A DNA stretch of 64,000 nucleotides from a virus (taxonomy: Duplodnaviria; Caudoviricetes): the IMG/VR virus record IMGVR_UViG_2902511754_000003, positions 9,764-73,763 of that record; one strand, 5' to 3'. Of the stretch, positions 43,460-53,959 are shown piece by piece; the first letter of the stretch is position 1; the number at the start of each line of letters is the position of its first letter. The notes under the pieces were generated by a model. That model was not told where the DNA came from. It saw only the letters and a list, made by a program, of their open reading frames with translations, and did not search any database. A program made the translations under genes and the position numbers.

Positions 43460-44771
43460 GAGCAGTAAGCGGACAGAAATTTGGTATCATCAACAGCTTA
43501 AGGTATTCGTCAAAAATATGACGAGCAACATTGAAAGGGCTTTGCAACGACCGCAAAGTCCTTTTTTTATGGATAGTGCTGATGGGTTCCAGGCGATCAG
43601 TAAACAGGCTTTATTGGATTACCTGAAAAAATACCAAGAAAAAGACCGCACTTCTGAGGCTGAATACATCGCTCAAGGGTTTGTAAGCCGTGGAAATATC
43701 CAAAACCAAAGGGAAGTATCAACAAATCTTAAAAATCAAACAGGCGTTGATTTAGCAGCGTATTTAAACAATAGCCCGAATATCAAAGAGAAGTTGGAGA
43801 TGACGCAATTATGGAACGTTTCTCTTATTTCTAATTTGCAGGCAGATTATTTAAACAAAATCAACAATGCGGTGACCCAGTCTGTTTTATCCGGTGGGGA
43901 TATTAAGGATTTAGCCGCTCAAATTAAGGAAATCGCAAAAGTATCTGAAAAGCGTGCTGCATTAATTGCACGAGATCAGACATCAAAATTTAATGCTGCA
44001 TTGACACAGGCTCGCCACGAAGATTTGGGTGTTAAAAAGTATATGTGGAGCACTGCGGGTGATGAGCGTGTGCGAGATAATCATGCTGAAAAAGATGGGC
44101 AGATTTTTGAATATGCTAATCCACCTGAAGATACCGGACATCCAGGGCATGATATAAACTGCCGATGTGTTCAGATTGCCGTGTTTGATGAGGTGCACGA
44201 AAAGCAAATCAATGAGCAGTTGGAGAAGCAAGATGCCGGTAAGGCGATTGCAATAGAGGCGTTTGATTTTCAGGCTAAGGAAATTGCTAAAGACGATGTT
44301 GCATTATCATTTGTAAAGAACCGTAACTTATCTAAACCTGAAGCGGTGATATTGCGAGAATATACAGGACATTCCGCACAACAAATTAACGCTGACTTGC
44401 GCAGTAACAAACCTAGCTTAAAAACATTATCATTTGCCAGGATCTTAAACCGTGCATTAAATAAATTACCGTCTTATAAAGGTAAGGTATGGCGTGATGT
44501 TGATTTGCCAGAGAAAGTGTTGGCACTATACTCTGTTGGTGAAATTGTTACTGAAAAAGGATTTGTAAGCTCAAGTCGTGATGAATTTGAGCGGTTTGAT
44601 TCTGCACGTCCTCATAGACTTCTTATTCATAGTAAGAACGGTAAGATTATTGAGAAAATAAGTATTCTCCCGTTAGAGTATGAGGTATTATTTAGATCAG
44701 GAACAAAATTTAAAGTGCTTAAACGAACCCAAAAAAAAGAGTATCTGCTCATTGAGTTACAGGAGCTTTAA
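43395..44771 (+). CDS. MuF/SPP1-gp7 minor head protein fused to C-terminal ADP-ribosyltransferase domain
   Basis: IARDQTSK, WSTAGDERVRDNH, PGHDINCRC; then YT..INADLR, VWR, FVSSS, EYEVLF (R-S-ExE). Confidence 0.88.
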   Translation: MNLPEILKNQKRWKARKFKPVKSSKRTEIWYHQQLKVFVKNMTSNIERALQRPQSPFFMDSADGFQAISKQALLDYLKKYQEKDRTSEAEYIAQGFVSRGNIQNQREVSTNLKNQTGVDLAAYLNNSPNIKEKLEMTQLWNVSLISNLQADYLNKINNAVTQSVLSGGDIKDLAAQIKEIAKVSEKRAALIARDQTSKFNAALTQARHEDLGVKKYMWSTAGDERVRDNHAEKDGQIFEYANPPEDTGHPGHDINCRCVQIAVFDEVHEKQINEQLEKQDAGKAIAIEAFDFQAKEIAKDDVALSFVKNRNLSKPEAVILREYTGHSAQQINADLRSNKPSLKTLSFARILNRALNKLPSYKGKVWRDVDLPEKVLALYSVGEIVTEKGFVSSSRDEFERFDSARPHRLLIHSKNGKIIEKISILPLEYEVLFRSGTKFKVLKRTQKKEYLLIELQEL

Positions 44772-45029
44772 ATGCGCAAAGAATATACTGACCCTGATAT
44801 TTATAAAAGAAACCTCGATCGCCACATGAATAGTGAAAATATTAAGCGATCTGAATACTTAATGATGTGGATGTATCAATTGCTTACTGCAGAAACAAAA
44901 TTTGGTACACGAGAGGCCGTGCTTTATCGGGTTCAAAAGCGTTTTACTGGCGATGTAAGCTTTGATGAAGCTGTGGAAAAAATGGATAAATTAATCTCAG
45001 AGGCAGAAACAGAAGAATTAATGCAGTAA
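44772..45029 (+). CDS. Small protein, candidate immunity for the MuF toxin
   Basis: 85 aa; ATG directly after toxin TAA; terminator-like hairpins follow. Confidence 0.6.
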   Translation: MRKEYTDPDIYKRNLDRHMNSENIKRSEYLMMWMYQLLTAETKFGTREAVLYRVQKRFTGDVSFDEAVEKMDKLISEAETEELMQ

Positions 45030-45127
45030 ATTTATCCAATACGGTCGAATTGTCACAATACAGTTCGGTCTTTTTGTTGAATTTTTATAACCCGCTTGAA
45101 TTGGCGGGTTTTTTATTGGAGAAAATA

Positions 45128-46225
45128 ATGAAATTCACAGATAAAACAGAACAAGCCAAAACACAGCGAACCATCACAAAAGATGGTTTTTTAGTCGTGC
45201 CGGCAATAATTTCCAAGGTGGGAGTATTTGATTATTTGGCAACGGAGCTTGGCTTGAAAGAAGATGGCATTAAGAAAGTCGCTCGAACAGAAAAATCCTT
45301 GTTTAGCGATGAAACAATCAAAAGTTTCGAGAATGCCACTTTGACCATTGGTCACCCGAAAGAAGATGTGAATGCGAAAAACTGGAAACAGCTTTCTGTG
45401 GGCGTGGTTCGTAACGTAAAACGTGTTGGCGATGAGTTAACAGCGGAAGCATGGATTTATGATGAAAATGCCATTAAAACCGTGCAGGAGCAGGGGGTTG
45501 AACAATTATCTTGCGGGTACGATTGCGACATTAAACCGTCAACTGTGCAAGATGCAGATTTTGAGATGTCGCCGATGATCGGCAACCATGTAGCGATTGT
45601 GGCAAAGGGTCGCTGCGGTGGAGAAGTCAAACTTGCCGATGAGGATAAAACATTTATGAGTAAAACAGAAAAATTCATTGATGCATTTTTAGGTGCGTTC
45701 GGTATTAAGTTATCAGACGAACAGAAAAAGCAGATTGAAGAAGATGAAGAGCAAGGGAAAGAGGGTAAACCGGAAGAAGGTAAAAAGCCTGAAGATCCTA
45801 AAGCGAAACCGGAAGAAAAAAACGAAGAAGAGAAGGAGAAAAAAATGGCAGATGCCGACTTACAAAAACGCATTGATGAGCTGGAAGCGGAAAACAAGCA
45901 GCTAAAAGATGCCAAAGCAAACACGGAAAGCGAACAAAAACGTATTGAGCTTTTAACCGATGCGAAAGCAAGCTTTGCTGAAGTGAAATTTGCCGATTCC
46001 GCAACCGTGCGTGAAATTCAAGAAAGTGCTGTCATTTCTACAGGTATTTTTGCCAAAGATGAAGCAGCGAAATTATCCGATGCTGAAATGGCTGGAGCTT
46101 ATCAAGCCGCCAAAGCAACGGCAAAAAAATTAGCCGAACGATCATTAGGCAGCGTGCTATTAAAAGATGGCAATGCGGTGGCAAAATCGTTTGATTTCAA
46201 CACTTACAATGAAGGAGCAAAATAA
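45128..46225 (+). CDS. Prohead protease/scaffold (DUF2213-like)
   Basis: T.DGFLVV, LTIGHP, LSCGY, NHVAIV..GRCG; acidic scaffold tail. Confidence 0.9.
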   Translation: MKFTDKTEQAKTQRTITKDGFLVVPAIISKVGVFDYLATELGLKEDGIKKVARTEKSLFSDETIKSFENATLTIGHPKEDVNAKNWKQLSVGVVRNVKRVGDELTAEAWIYDENAIKTVQEQGVEQLSCGYDCDIKPSTVQDADFEMSPMIGNHVAIVAKGRCGGEVKLADEDKTFMSKTEKFIDAFLGAFGIKLSDEQKKQIEEDEEQGKEGKPEEGKKPEDPKAKPEEKNEEEKEKKMADADLQKRIDELEAENKQLKDAKANTESEQKRIELLTDAKASFAEVKFADSATVREIQESAVISTGIFAKDEAAKLSDAEMAGAYQAAKATAKKLAERSLGSVLLKDGNAVAKSFDFNTYNEGAK

Positions 46226-46674
46226 TGGCATTTGCACTTAATACGGCGGTTGCTACCGCAGGAAATATCGGAAAAGGCGGGTTAGCCAATTCTAAATCTA
46301 TTGCTTATATGAATGACGGAGAAACACCGTTGCTTGCCGGGCGTTTTGTTGCGTTATCTGCAAATGGTGTCAAAGTATTAACAGCCAAAACAGATACTCT
46401 TGCTGGCGTTGTTGTTCGCAATGTGATTAAAGATGAAACACCAAAAGGTGAGCTTTGTGATGTCATGCATATTGGCACGGCGGACAGCATTTGGGTTGAA
46501 ATTGCCAAAGGCGCAACTGTTGAGCGAGGGAATAAAGTCGTTGTGGTTGCGACAAAAAACGGAGAAAAAGAACCCGGTACGATTCAGGCGGAAGCCGATG
46601 AAGCAAACGGCATTACAACCGATTATACCGTGATTACGGTTGCCGACGGCATTGCTGAGATCACTCGTCTATAA
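46225..46674 (+). CDS. Head decoration/cement protein
   Basis: Between protease and capsid. Confidence 0.65.
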   Translation: MAFALNTAVATAGNIGKGGLANSKSIAYMNDGETPLLAGRFVALSANGVKVLTAKTDTLAGVVVRNVIKDETPKGELCDVMHIGTADSIWVEIAKGATVERGNKVVVVATKNGEKEPGTIQAEADEANGITTDYTVITVADGIAEITRL

Positions 46675-46700
46675 CATTATTAACAAGAGGTAAAAAATTT

Positions 46701-47606
46701 ATGCCACATATTAACGTGCTACGCTCGGCATTAACCGAAGTGCAAAGCGGAATTAACCGTACTAAATATCCTGATATTGTGTTTCCAAAATTTGTTTTTA
46801 TTAACTCAAGTGGTAGTGAACTTGCCGATGAAATTTTGAGTTTTAGCTCAGATGTTACTGGTGATTTAGATAGCGGCTTGATTTCTCTGAATACCAGCGT
46901 ATTCGATCAAGTTGGCGTTACCTTCAATCATACCAAAGTGCCGTTGGTCACTTGGATGAAATTGGTTGAATGGCACCAATTTGAGTTGAAAAAAGCGGCA
47001 GCATTAGGGGTTTCCGTGAATACAGAAAAACTCTATGCCCTTAACCAAAACGCACATCAAACCTTGCAAAAAGTGGCGTTTTTAGGCCACGCAAGAGATA
47101 CCCGATTACAAGGCTTACTAAATTCAGACAAGATTGAAGTTTACAAGCCGACAACCAAGGGCAAAGTAGGTGATTTAGATTATAAAAAAGCAGTCGATTT
47201 CTTTGAAGAAATTTTCTTGCGCTCGGTAGAGAAGACTTATCGTATTGCTGTGCCGGATACCTTTGCTATTGACAGCGCGGATAAAGCTCACCTTGCTTTA
47301 TTAGAACGTCCAAATTCGGATAAATCGGCCCTTGAATGGTTGGAAGAAAAGTTACAAGGTGCGGCAGGTAAGCCAATCAAAATTGAAGCTTTACCGTCTA
47401 ACTTTGGCAAAATTGCAAGTGAAGGCAAAACGCGTGCGATTGTTTATACCAATGATAAAAACTATGTCGAAATGAACGTACCGAAATCCCCGACAGTAAT
47501 CGGTGCAGAAAAAAAAGATTTAGTGACTTATCAATCCGGTCTAACAATGGTATTTGGTGGAGTTAACTTTAAAGAACCTGATGCTGCTCTTTATATTGAT
47601 TATTAG
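46701..47606 (+). CDS. Major capsid protein (DUF2184-like)
   Basis: Size and position; AFLG......GLLN; GGV...P..ALYID. Confidence 0.85.
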   Translation: MPHINVLRSALTEVQSGINRTKYPDIVFPKFVFINSSGSELADEILSFSSDVTGDLDSGLISLNTSVFDQVGVTFNHTKVPLVTWMKLVEWHQFELKKAAALGVSVNTEKLYALNQNAHQTLQKVAFLGHARDTRLQGLLNSDKIEVYKPTTKGKVGDLDYKKAVDFFEEIFLRSVEKTYRIAVPDTFAIDSADKAHLALLERPNSDKSALEWLEEKLQGAAGKPIKIEALPSNFGKIASEGKTRAIVYTNDKNYVEMNVPKSPTVIGAEKKDLVTYQSGLTMVFGGVNFKEPDAALYIDY

Positions 47607-47615
47607 GAGTAAACA

Positions 47616-47978
47616 ATGCCAACAGTAGAAGCTTATAATTTAACCCTGCGCTATCCCGAATTTGAAGAGATCGATCATAACCGAATCGATCTTTTTTTAT
47701 TAGATGCAAAAATGGAAGTAAGTCAAGTGCGATGGGGGAAGCTCTATCAACGTGGCGTGTTGGCATTGGCAGCCCACTTATTACGTCTTTCTCTCTGGAC
47801 TACAGAAATGGACGGCGGTGCGAACCGTAATATCGCAAGTGAAAACGCAGGTGAATTATCGGTGAGTTATGTCGCACCGGCACTAACAGGTACAGATGCG
47901 GATTATCAGCTCACGGCGTACGGGCAAGAATACTTGCGATTGCGCCGTTTGGTTGGTATTGGTGTGATGGTGGCTTAA
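47616..47978 (+). CDS. Head-tail adaptor (DUF4054-like)
   Basis: RYPEF...LAAHLL...TAYGQEYL.L. Confidence 0.85.
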   Translation: MPTVEAYNLTLRYPEFEEIDHNRIDLFLLDAKMEVSQVRWGKLYQRGVLALAAHLLRLSLWTTEMDGGANRNIASENAGELSVSYVAPALTGTDADYQLTAYGQEYLRLRRLVGIGVMVA

Positions 47979-48491
47979 ATGGCAGTACAGATTATTGGTG
48001 GATTAAATCAAGCATTGCAGTTGATTGATCAACTAAAATCAGTGAAAGATAAAGCGATATATGTGGGAGTACCCGCGGAGAAAAATAGTCAAGTGGAAGG
48101 CGGTATTAACCTAGCTACATTGGCGATGATTTTACAACGTGGTGGCACTATTGTTCCAAAGCAAGCAAAAGCATTAGCTTTTGGAAAAGGTAAGAAAAGA
48201 TTTTTTGCAAAATCGGTTTTTATTCCTGCGCGTCCCTTTATTGAGCAAACCATTAATGAAAACCGAGAAAAATACGTGGCGAAATTAGCGAAGTTCATTC
48301 AGCAGGGAAAAACACCGTTGCAAGCGATGAATTTGGTGGCATTAATGGCGGAAGGCGATATTAAAGAAGCAATGCGAGATAAAAAACTTTGGGCTCCAAA
48401 TAGTGCTCTAACTGTAGCGATAAAAGGCTCAAGTACGCCGCTAATTGATAGTGGGAATTTACGTAAATCTATTACAGGACTTGTCAAATGA
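47979..48491 (+). CDS. Neck/virion morphogenesis protein
   Basis: IPARPFI...PNSALT...KGSSTPLIDSG.LR.SI. Confidence 0.8.
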   Translation: MAVQIIGGLNQALQLIDQLKSVKDKAIYVGVPAEKNSQVEGGINLATLAMILQRGGTIVPKQAKALAFGKGKKRFFAKSVFIPARPFIEQTINENREKYVAKLAKFIQQGKTPLQAMNLVALMAEGDIKEAMRDKKLWAPNSALTVAIKGSSTPLIDSGNLRKSITGLVK

Positions 48492-48859
48492 GCTTAATTA
48501 ATCAATCAACACGATTTCAAAACAGCAAATTTCGTCAATCTGTTATTGTTAAACGCTTGCAAGGCGAACATTCGGCGGATGGATTTGGTGCGGAATATCA
48601 CAATGAGAAAATGACAGCAATTGTCGTTCCTGCATCGCCCAATGATGTGTTGCTTTTGCAGGAAGGTGAGCGGTATATCCCATCAATCAAAATCTACACG
48701 ATGAGCCAGCTACATATTGGCGATTTGGTGGAGTATCGCGGCGAGACTTACAAAATCAAAACCGCAGCTAACTGGGGAGATTATGGATACTACAACAATA
48801 TCGGCGTTCGACACAGCGAAACTGCGAAAGTGGATTCAACAGGCTTTGAAGTTACCTAA
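48488..48859 (+). CDS. Head-tail joining protein
   Basis: Position and size. Confidence 0.65.
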   Translation: MSLINQSTRFQNSKFRQSVIVKRLQGEHSADGFGAEYHNEKMTAIVVPASPNDVLLLQEGERYIPSIKIYTMSQLHIGDLVEYRGETYKIKTAANWGDYGYYNNIGVRHSETAKVDSTGFEVT

Positions 48860-49286
48860 TGGCGCAGTCATTGGTGGGTGGCTGCCTGAAAATCATCTGC
48901 CAGCTTTCATTACGGTGGATTTATTGACGGTAAATGAAATAGGGCAGGCAACAAGAGATTTTGACGGAAAACGCGAACGTATTACACAATCAATGCAAAG
49001 TACGGTGAACATTTCTTGTTTTGGTAAAAATTCTGTTGCGCAATGTCACAAGGTCAAAGCCATCTTTCAGAGTTCTGCGTTTCTCTCGTTTCTTAAATCG
49101 CAACACTGGGGCGTGATTCGCTTTTCTGATGTGCGAAATCTTACCTCTACAGTGGGGGCGGATTATGAAGAGCGAGGGCAATTTGATGTCATTTTCAGCC
49201 ATCATCACATTGTTGATACACCGCTCGATCCTATTCTACGCGTGGAACAACGCACAAACAACTTAACCCAACAAATAGGAGAATAA
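48783..49286 (+). CDS. Neck/tail terminator protein
   Basis: Directly upstream of sheath. Confidence 0.65.
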   Translation: MDTTTISAFDTAKLRKWIQQALKLPNGAVIGGWLPENHLPAFITVDLLTVNEIGQATRDFDGKRERITQSMQSTVNISCFGKNSVAQCHKVKAIFQSSAFLSFLKSQHWGVIRFSDVRNLTSTVGADYEERGQFDVIFSHHHIVDTPLDPILRVEQRTNNLTQQIGE

Positions 49287-49291
49287 GCCTT

Positions 49292-50800
49292 ATGGCATTA
49301 TCAATTTCTCAAATTGTGAACGTGCAGCTTAATACTGTGCCGAAATCGGCTGCGCGTAAATCATTTGGCATTGTGGCGCTGTTTACACCAGAAAGTGGTC
49401 AGGTGTTTACAGATGCTACTACTCGATATGTCTATGTAAATAATCAAAAAGATGTAGAGCAATTATTCGGTACAAACTCAGAAACGGCAAAAGCTGCTCA
49501 GCCGTTTTTTGCTCAAAGCCCACGTGCGAAACAATTAATCATTGCGCGTTGGCAGAAAAATTCTGTGACTATTCCATCAACCTCTAATGCATTACGCGGC
49601 GCAACGCTCTCCGATGATTTGGAAACGTTCAGAGCTGTTGTAAATGGTCGTTTTTCGGTAACGGTTGGCTCTGAAATTAAAAAAGTGGGAGGCTTAAATT
49701 TCTCTCGTTTAGCTGATTTCAATGCGATCGCTGAGCAAATTCAGCAAAAATTGACTGAGCTTTCTGTTAATGTGAGCGTAACTTATGATTCAGTCGGGAA
49801 TCGCTTTATCATTGAATCTACTGCTGATGGTGAAAGCAAAGACACGGAAATTTTTTACGCAATCAATGAGCCGGGCGAGGGTGAATATATTGGTGGATTA
49901 TTGAAGTTGGAAGACGGTCAAGCTGAGTGTGTAATTGGTAAAAACCAAGTTTCGATCATAGCTGAAAAACTCGAAGAAGCCTTGTTTAATGTGGCTGAAG
50001 TTGAGAATGGCTGGTATGGCTTTACTTTTGCGGCGCAGTTAACCGATGCACAGGTGGAAGCAGCAGCCAAATATGCTCAAACGAACACTAAAATGTTTGG
50101 CGCGAATGTCATTCGCGAAAGCCAGTTAGAGTGGTCATCGGATAACGTTTACAAGAAATTGTATGATGCAGGTTTAGATCATACGTTGGCAATGTTTGAT
50201 AAAAACGACTTTTACCCGGCATCCTCCGCGTTGGCTCGATTGTTATCAACCAACTTCGCAGCAAATAATTCAACGATAACGCTTAAATTTAAGCAACAAC
50301 CGACTATTACAGCAGATGAAATCACTGCAACCGAATTTGCGAAAGCAAAACGCCTTGGCATAAACGTTTACACTTATTTTGATGACGTGGCGATGATTGC
50401 TGAAGGTTCTGTGATTGGTGGTAAATTTGCTGATGAGATTGTGATTCTAGATTGGTTCACTGATGCTGTTCAAAAAGAAGTGTTCGCACGTTTATATAAG
50501 TCGCCAACTAAAATCCCACTCACTGATAAAGGGCAGGCAATTTTAATTTCAGCGGTGGAAAAAGTCTGTCTGGAAGGTATCAACAATGGCGCATTTGCTC
50601 CAGGTGTGTGGAATGGTGACGGTTTTGGCAATTTAAGCACAGGCGACTATCTTGAAAAAGGCTATTATGTTTGGGCTGCACCGATGGATACGCTATCCGA
50701 TAGTGACCGTGAACAGCGTCGAGCAACACCAATTCAAACTGCGGTGAAATTAGCCGGAGCAATCCATTCAAGTGATGTAATCGTGAATTACAATCGATAA
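49292..50800 (+). CDS. Tail sheath protein (DUF3383-like)
   Basis: 502 aa; FFAQSP, GINVY, KIPLTDKGQ, GAIH motifs. Confidence 0.9.
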   Translation: MALSISQIVNVQLNTVPKSAARKSFGIVALFTPESGQVFTDATTRYVYVNNQKDVEQLFGTNSETAKAAQPFFAQSPRAKQLIIARWQKNSVTIPSTSNALRGATLSDDLETFRAVVNGRFSVTVGSEIKKVGGLNFSRLADFNAIAEQIQQKLTELSVNVSVTYDSVGNRFIIESTADGESKDTEIFYAINEPGEGEYIGGLLKLEDGQAECVIGKNQVSIIAEKLEEALFNVAEVENGWYGFTFAAQLTDAQVEAAAKYAQTNTKMFGANVIRESQLEWSSDNVYKKLYDAGLDHTLAMFDKNDFYPASSALARLLSTNFAANNSTITLKFKQQPTITADEITATEFAKAKRLGINVYTYFDDVAMIAEGSVIGGKFADEIVILDWFTDAVQKEVFARLYKSPTKIPLTDKGQAILISAVEKVCLEGINNGAFAPGVWNGDGFGNLSTGDYLEKGYYVWAAPMDTLSDSDREQRRATPIQTAVKLAGAIHSSDVIVNYNR

Positions 50801-50848
50801 CTAACCAAAAGCCAAGTATAACCTTGGCTTATTTTTTAAGGGAAAACT

Positions 50849-51280
50849 ATGGCAATTTTCGATCCAAAACAAGTGGTCGTTTTATTGGACGGCAAAGAGA
50901 TTGATGACTGGGCGGATGGTTCAGATGTAATCAGTGCATTGAATCAAGTTGATGCGGGCCAGTTGATTATTGGTGCTGATGGTTCAGGCGTTTTTATCGC
51001 AAACCCTGATAAATCCGGCAAGTTGACATTAAAAATCAAGCAGCACTCACCGGATAACGCCTATCTGAATAAGCTGTTTAATCAACAAAAGAACAGTATT
51101 AAAACCTTTATGCCGTTTACTTTAGCGATTCGCGATCTTATCAATGATGATGTAGTGACTGCAACAAAAGGTTACTTCACTACGCCAACGCCATACACGC
51201 GTGGTAATGGTTACAATGCACAAACATGGACGATTGTGTTTGAGCAAATGACAATTAACCTTGAACAAGGGGTGCAATAA
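50849..51280 (+). CDS. Tail tube protein
   Basis: Follows sheath; IGADG...N....G.LTL.I.Q.SP.N. Confidence 0.85.
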   Translation: MAIFDPKQVVVLLDGKEIDDWADGSDVISALNQVDAGQLIIGADGSGVFIANPDKSGKLTLKIKQHSPDNAYLNKLFNQQKNSIKTFMPFTLAIRDLINDDVVTATKGYFTTPTPYTRGNGYNAQTWTIVFEQMTINLEQGVQ

Positions 51281-51687
51281 TGGATCAATCAAAACAAATC
51301 ACTATTGAGAACGTTACCTACACAATGACACCGGCTAATGCGATGGCTGCGTGGACTGCCTTGAAAAATGCGATGAAGCTGTTGCAGTCGGTTGATTTAT
51401 CTTCTTTAGGGGATGGTAAAAAACTCGGTGCAAATGTGCTAACTACCGTACTGGCTAATCTTGGTGATCCAAGTGTGAAAGCGTTAGAAGATATTGTGTT
51501 AAAACACACATCTTGTGAACAAGACGGCAAACAATATCGCCTATCCGAACGATTTGATAGTCACTTTAATCAATATCGTGGCCATTTAATTCCGGTATTG
51601 AAAGAGGGGTTAATGTATCAATTCGCTGATTTTTTTATCGGTGGGGGGGGATTGCTGAACGGTATGGCGAACAATCTCAAGATGTAG
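51280..51687 (+). CDS. Tail assembly chaperone
   Basis: Between tube and tape measure; G8 slippery run at 51643-51650. Confidence 0.82.
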   Translation: MDQSKQITIENVTYTMTPANAMAAWTALKNAMKLLQSVDLSSLGDGKKLGANVLTTVLANLGDPSVKALEDIVLKHTSCEQDGKQYRLSERFDSHFNQYRGHLIPVLKEGLMYQFADFFIGGGGLLNGMANNLKM

Positions 51688-51857
51688 AAGTAAATCAATC
51701 TGAAAGTAAGGTTGACTGGTTCGTATTTACGCCAATTGTTAAAAATTTCTGTTCACTTAATGAGTTAAGGTCGGTTTATTCAATAGCCGACCTTTTATCT
51801 TTCCATGAAGTAATCGTTGAAATGAATCAAATGGAGCAACGCAATGCTACTCGATGA
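51651..51857 (+). CDS. -1 frameshift extension of tail chaperone (...KVDWFVFTPIVKNFCSLNELRSVYSIADLLSFHEVI...)
   Basis: Open -1 frame from G-GGG-GGA to TGA 51857, overlapping the tape-measure start. Confidence 0.72.
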   Translation: MAERYGEQSQDVEVNQSESKVDWFVFTPIVKNFCSLNELRSVYSIADLLSFHEVIVEMNQMEQRNATR

Positions 51858-53958
51858 ATTATTGATTAAGATCGGAATTGATGCCGACAGCCAAGCGATA
51901 CAACAGTTTGAGAAATTTCTTAAATCGATTGGTGACGGAACAGAAGAAGCGGCAGAAAGTTTGGGTGAGTTCGCACGAGCCATTGAAGATGCGGTAAATG
52001 AAGCAACTGAACAGGTTAAAGATATGCCGGAGTTTTCCGGATATATTGAATCGCTCGAAAAGTTGCTGGTCGAAACCGAAAATCTCTCACAAGATGAAGC
52101 ATTAGACGCTTGGATAAATAAACTCATTGAAGGTGACGAATTGCTGTCTGCTTTTGGTGAAGGGTTTATTGAAAATAGCGAAGAGCTTGAGCAAGAGTTA
52201 AAAAAAACCGGTATTGGCGCAGAACACGTTGGCGTTGTTATCGGTAAGCTCAAATCTGCAATTGAGCAGAAGAAAAAAGCAGTCGAGCAAGACACAAAAG
52301 CAGTCGGTGAAAATACAGAAGCTGAAAAGGAAAATGCTGAAAGTGCGGACGATTTAGCCAATAAAATGATTAGCCTATGGGCGACAAAATACGGTGCTGA
52401 TGGACTAATCGAAAAGTTTGAATTGCTTGGATTTAGCATTAGTAAAACTACGCTCAAAGTTGCGGCCTTTGGTGCGGCTTTTTATGCTGCGACTATAGGT
52501 GTAAAAAACTTTGTTGATGCGAATCTTAATGCGCTTGATGAAATCAAACAACTTACCGCCGTAACAAATGAATCTGCCAATCAGATTTATCTTCTTGGAA
52601 AAGTAGCAGAGGTAAACGGCTCATCCGCTCAAGCTGCACAATCGTCAATTGAGGGATTATCCCGGGTGATTGGTGAAGCGGCTGCTGGTATTGGTCGAGG
52701 GGCTAAATCCTTTGAGCAATACGGATTAAGTGCGAAAAAAGCCAACGGCGATGTGAAAACCTCAAGCGAAATGCTGGGTGAAATTTCTGACAAAATGCAG
52801 AAGATGAGTGAGCAAGAGCAAATTTCGATGCTTGCCAAGCTCGGCATTGATGGCTCAATGATCCAAACCTTGCGTCTTGGTAATGATGAATTACGGGAGC
52901 AAATCGAACTCGCAAATGCGCTGACACTTGGTGTAGGTAATGCTGAAAATGCGGAAACTGCTGCAGCATTTAAAGATGCATTAACTCAAGTTTCGCAAGT
53001 CCTAACCGCTATCGGTGAATATCTTGCGCTCAGAATCGCCCCTTCTATTCAACGGCTCGCTGAGCGGTTTACAAAATGGTTTACCGAAAATAACGAGTTT
53101 GTAAAAACGGTATTAAATGGTTTTGGCAAAGTACTTTCATTTTTGTTTGAGCTTGCCGCCGCTATTGACAACGTAGTTGAGCATACTATCGGCTGGAAAA
53201 CAACGATTTATATTGTAGGGGTGGCGTTGTTATGGCTTAGTCGCAAAATGTTGCTTGCGTTTGCAACTAACCCAATCGGTTTAGTGATTGCAGCAATTGC
53301 TGCTTTATTCCTACTTGTTGATGACTTCATCACTTATCTTGAGGGTGGGGAGACCGCACTTGGAGACTTTTAGAAACCATTTAAGACTGCGCTTTTATGG
53401 GTCAAAACCACATGGCAAAACTTTGTTGATAATTTCAGTGTAGATCCGATTGGTGCAACATTATCGCTTGTTACTGATTTAATCAAACTACCGTTTGAGC
53501 TTGGTTTTGCACTTGTTATTGGGCTGTGGAATCTTTTTACCGGAGAACAACTTGATTTAGATGTTATTGAAAAAGGTTTTAATAAAGTCACAGACTGGAT
53601 TAAAGATCCGTTCAGGAAGGCGTTTGATTGGGTGAAAGGTTACTATGACCAATATATTGCCCCGATTGTTGATACAGTGAAAGGTTGGTTTGGTAGTGAT
53701 GAATCTGCGCCAACGGGAACGGTGAGTCAAAACACGCAAGCTTATGATGCAATGATGTTTGATCCATCTTATGCAGCAGCGCCACAAGTTGCGGCCGCGG
53801 GTGTGAGCAGACAAACATCGAATGCTGATAACAGTGTGAAGAACAGTAATAACAAAATCACCATTACGCAAAACATTCAAGGTGCTGAAAATCCTAAGAT
53901 GATTGCCGATCAAGTGGTGAGAGCGGTTAATAATCAATTGTCACCTATTGTGGGGTAG
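51844..53958 (+). pseudogene. Tape measure protein interrupted by in-frame TAG (53371-53373)
   Basis: Frame stays open after TAG for 194 codons and joins ORF 53632-53958; context GDF*KPF suggests TGG>TAG. Confidence 0.85.
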
Positions 53959-53959
53959 T

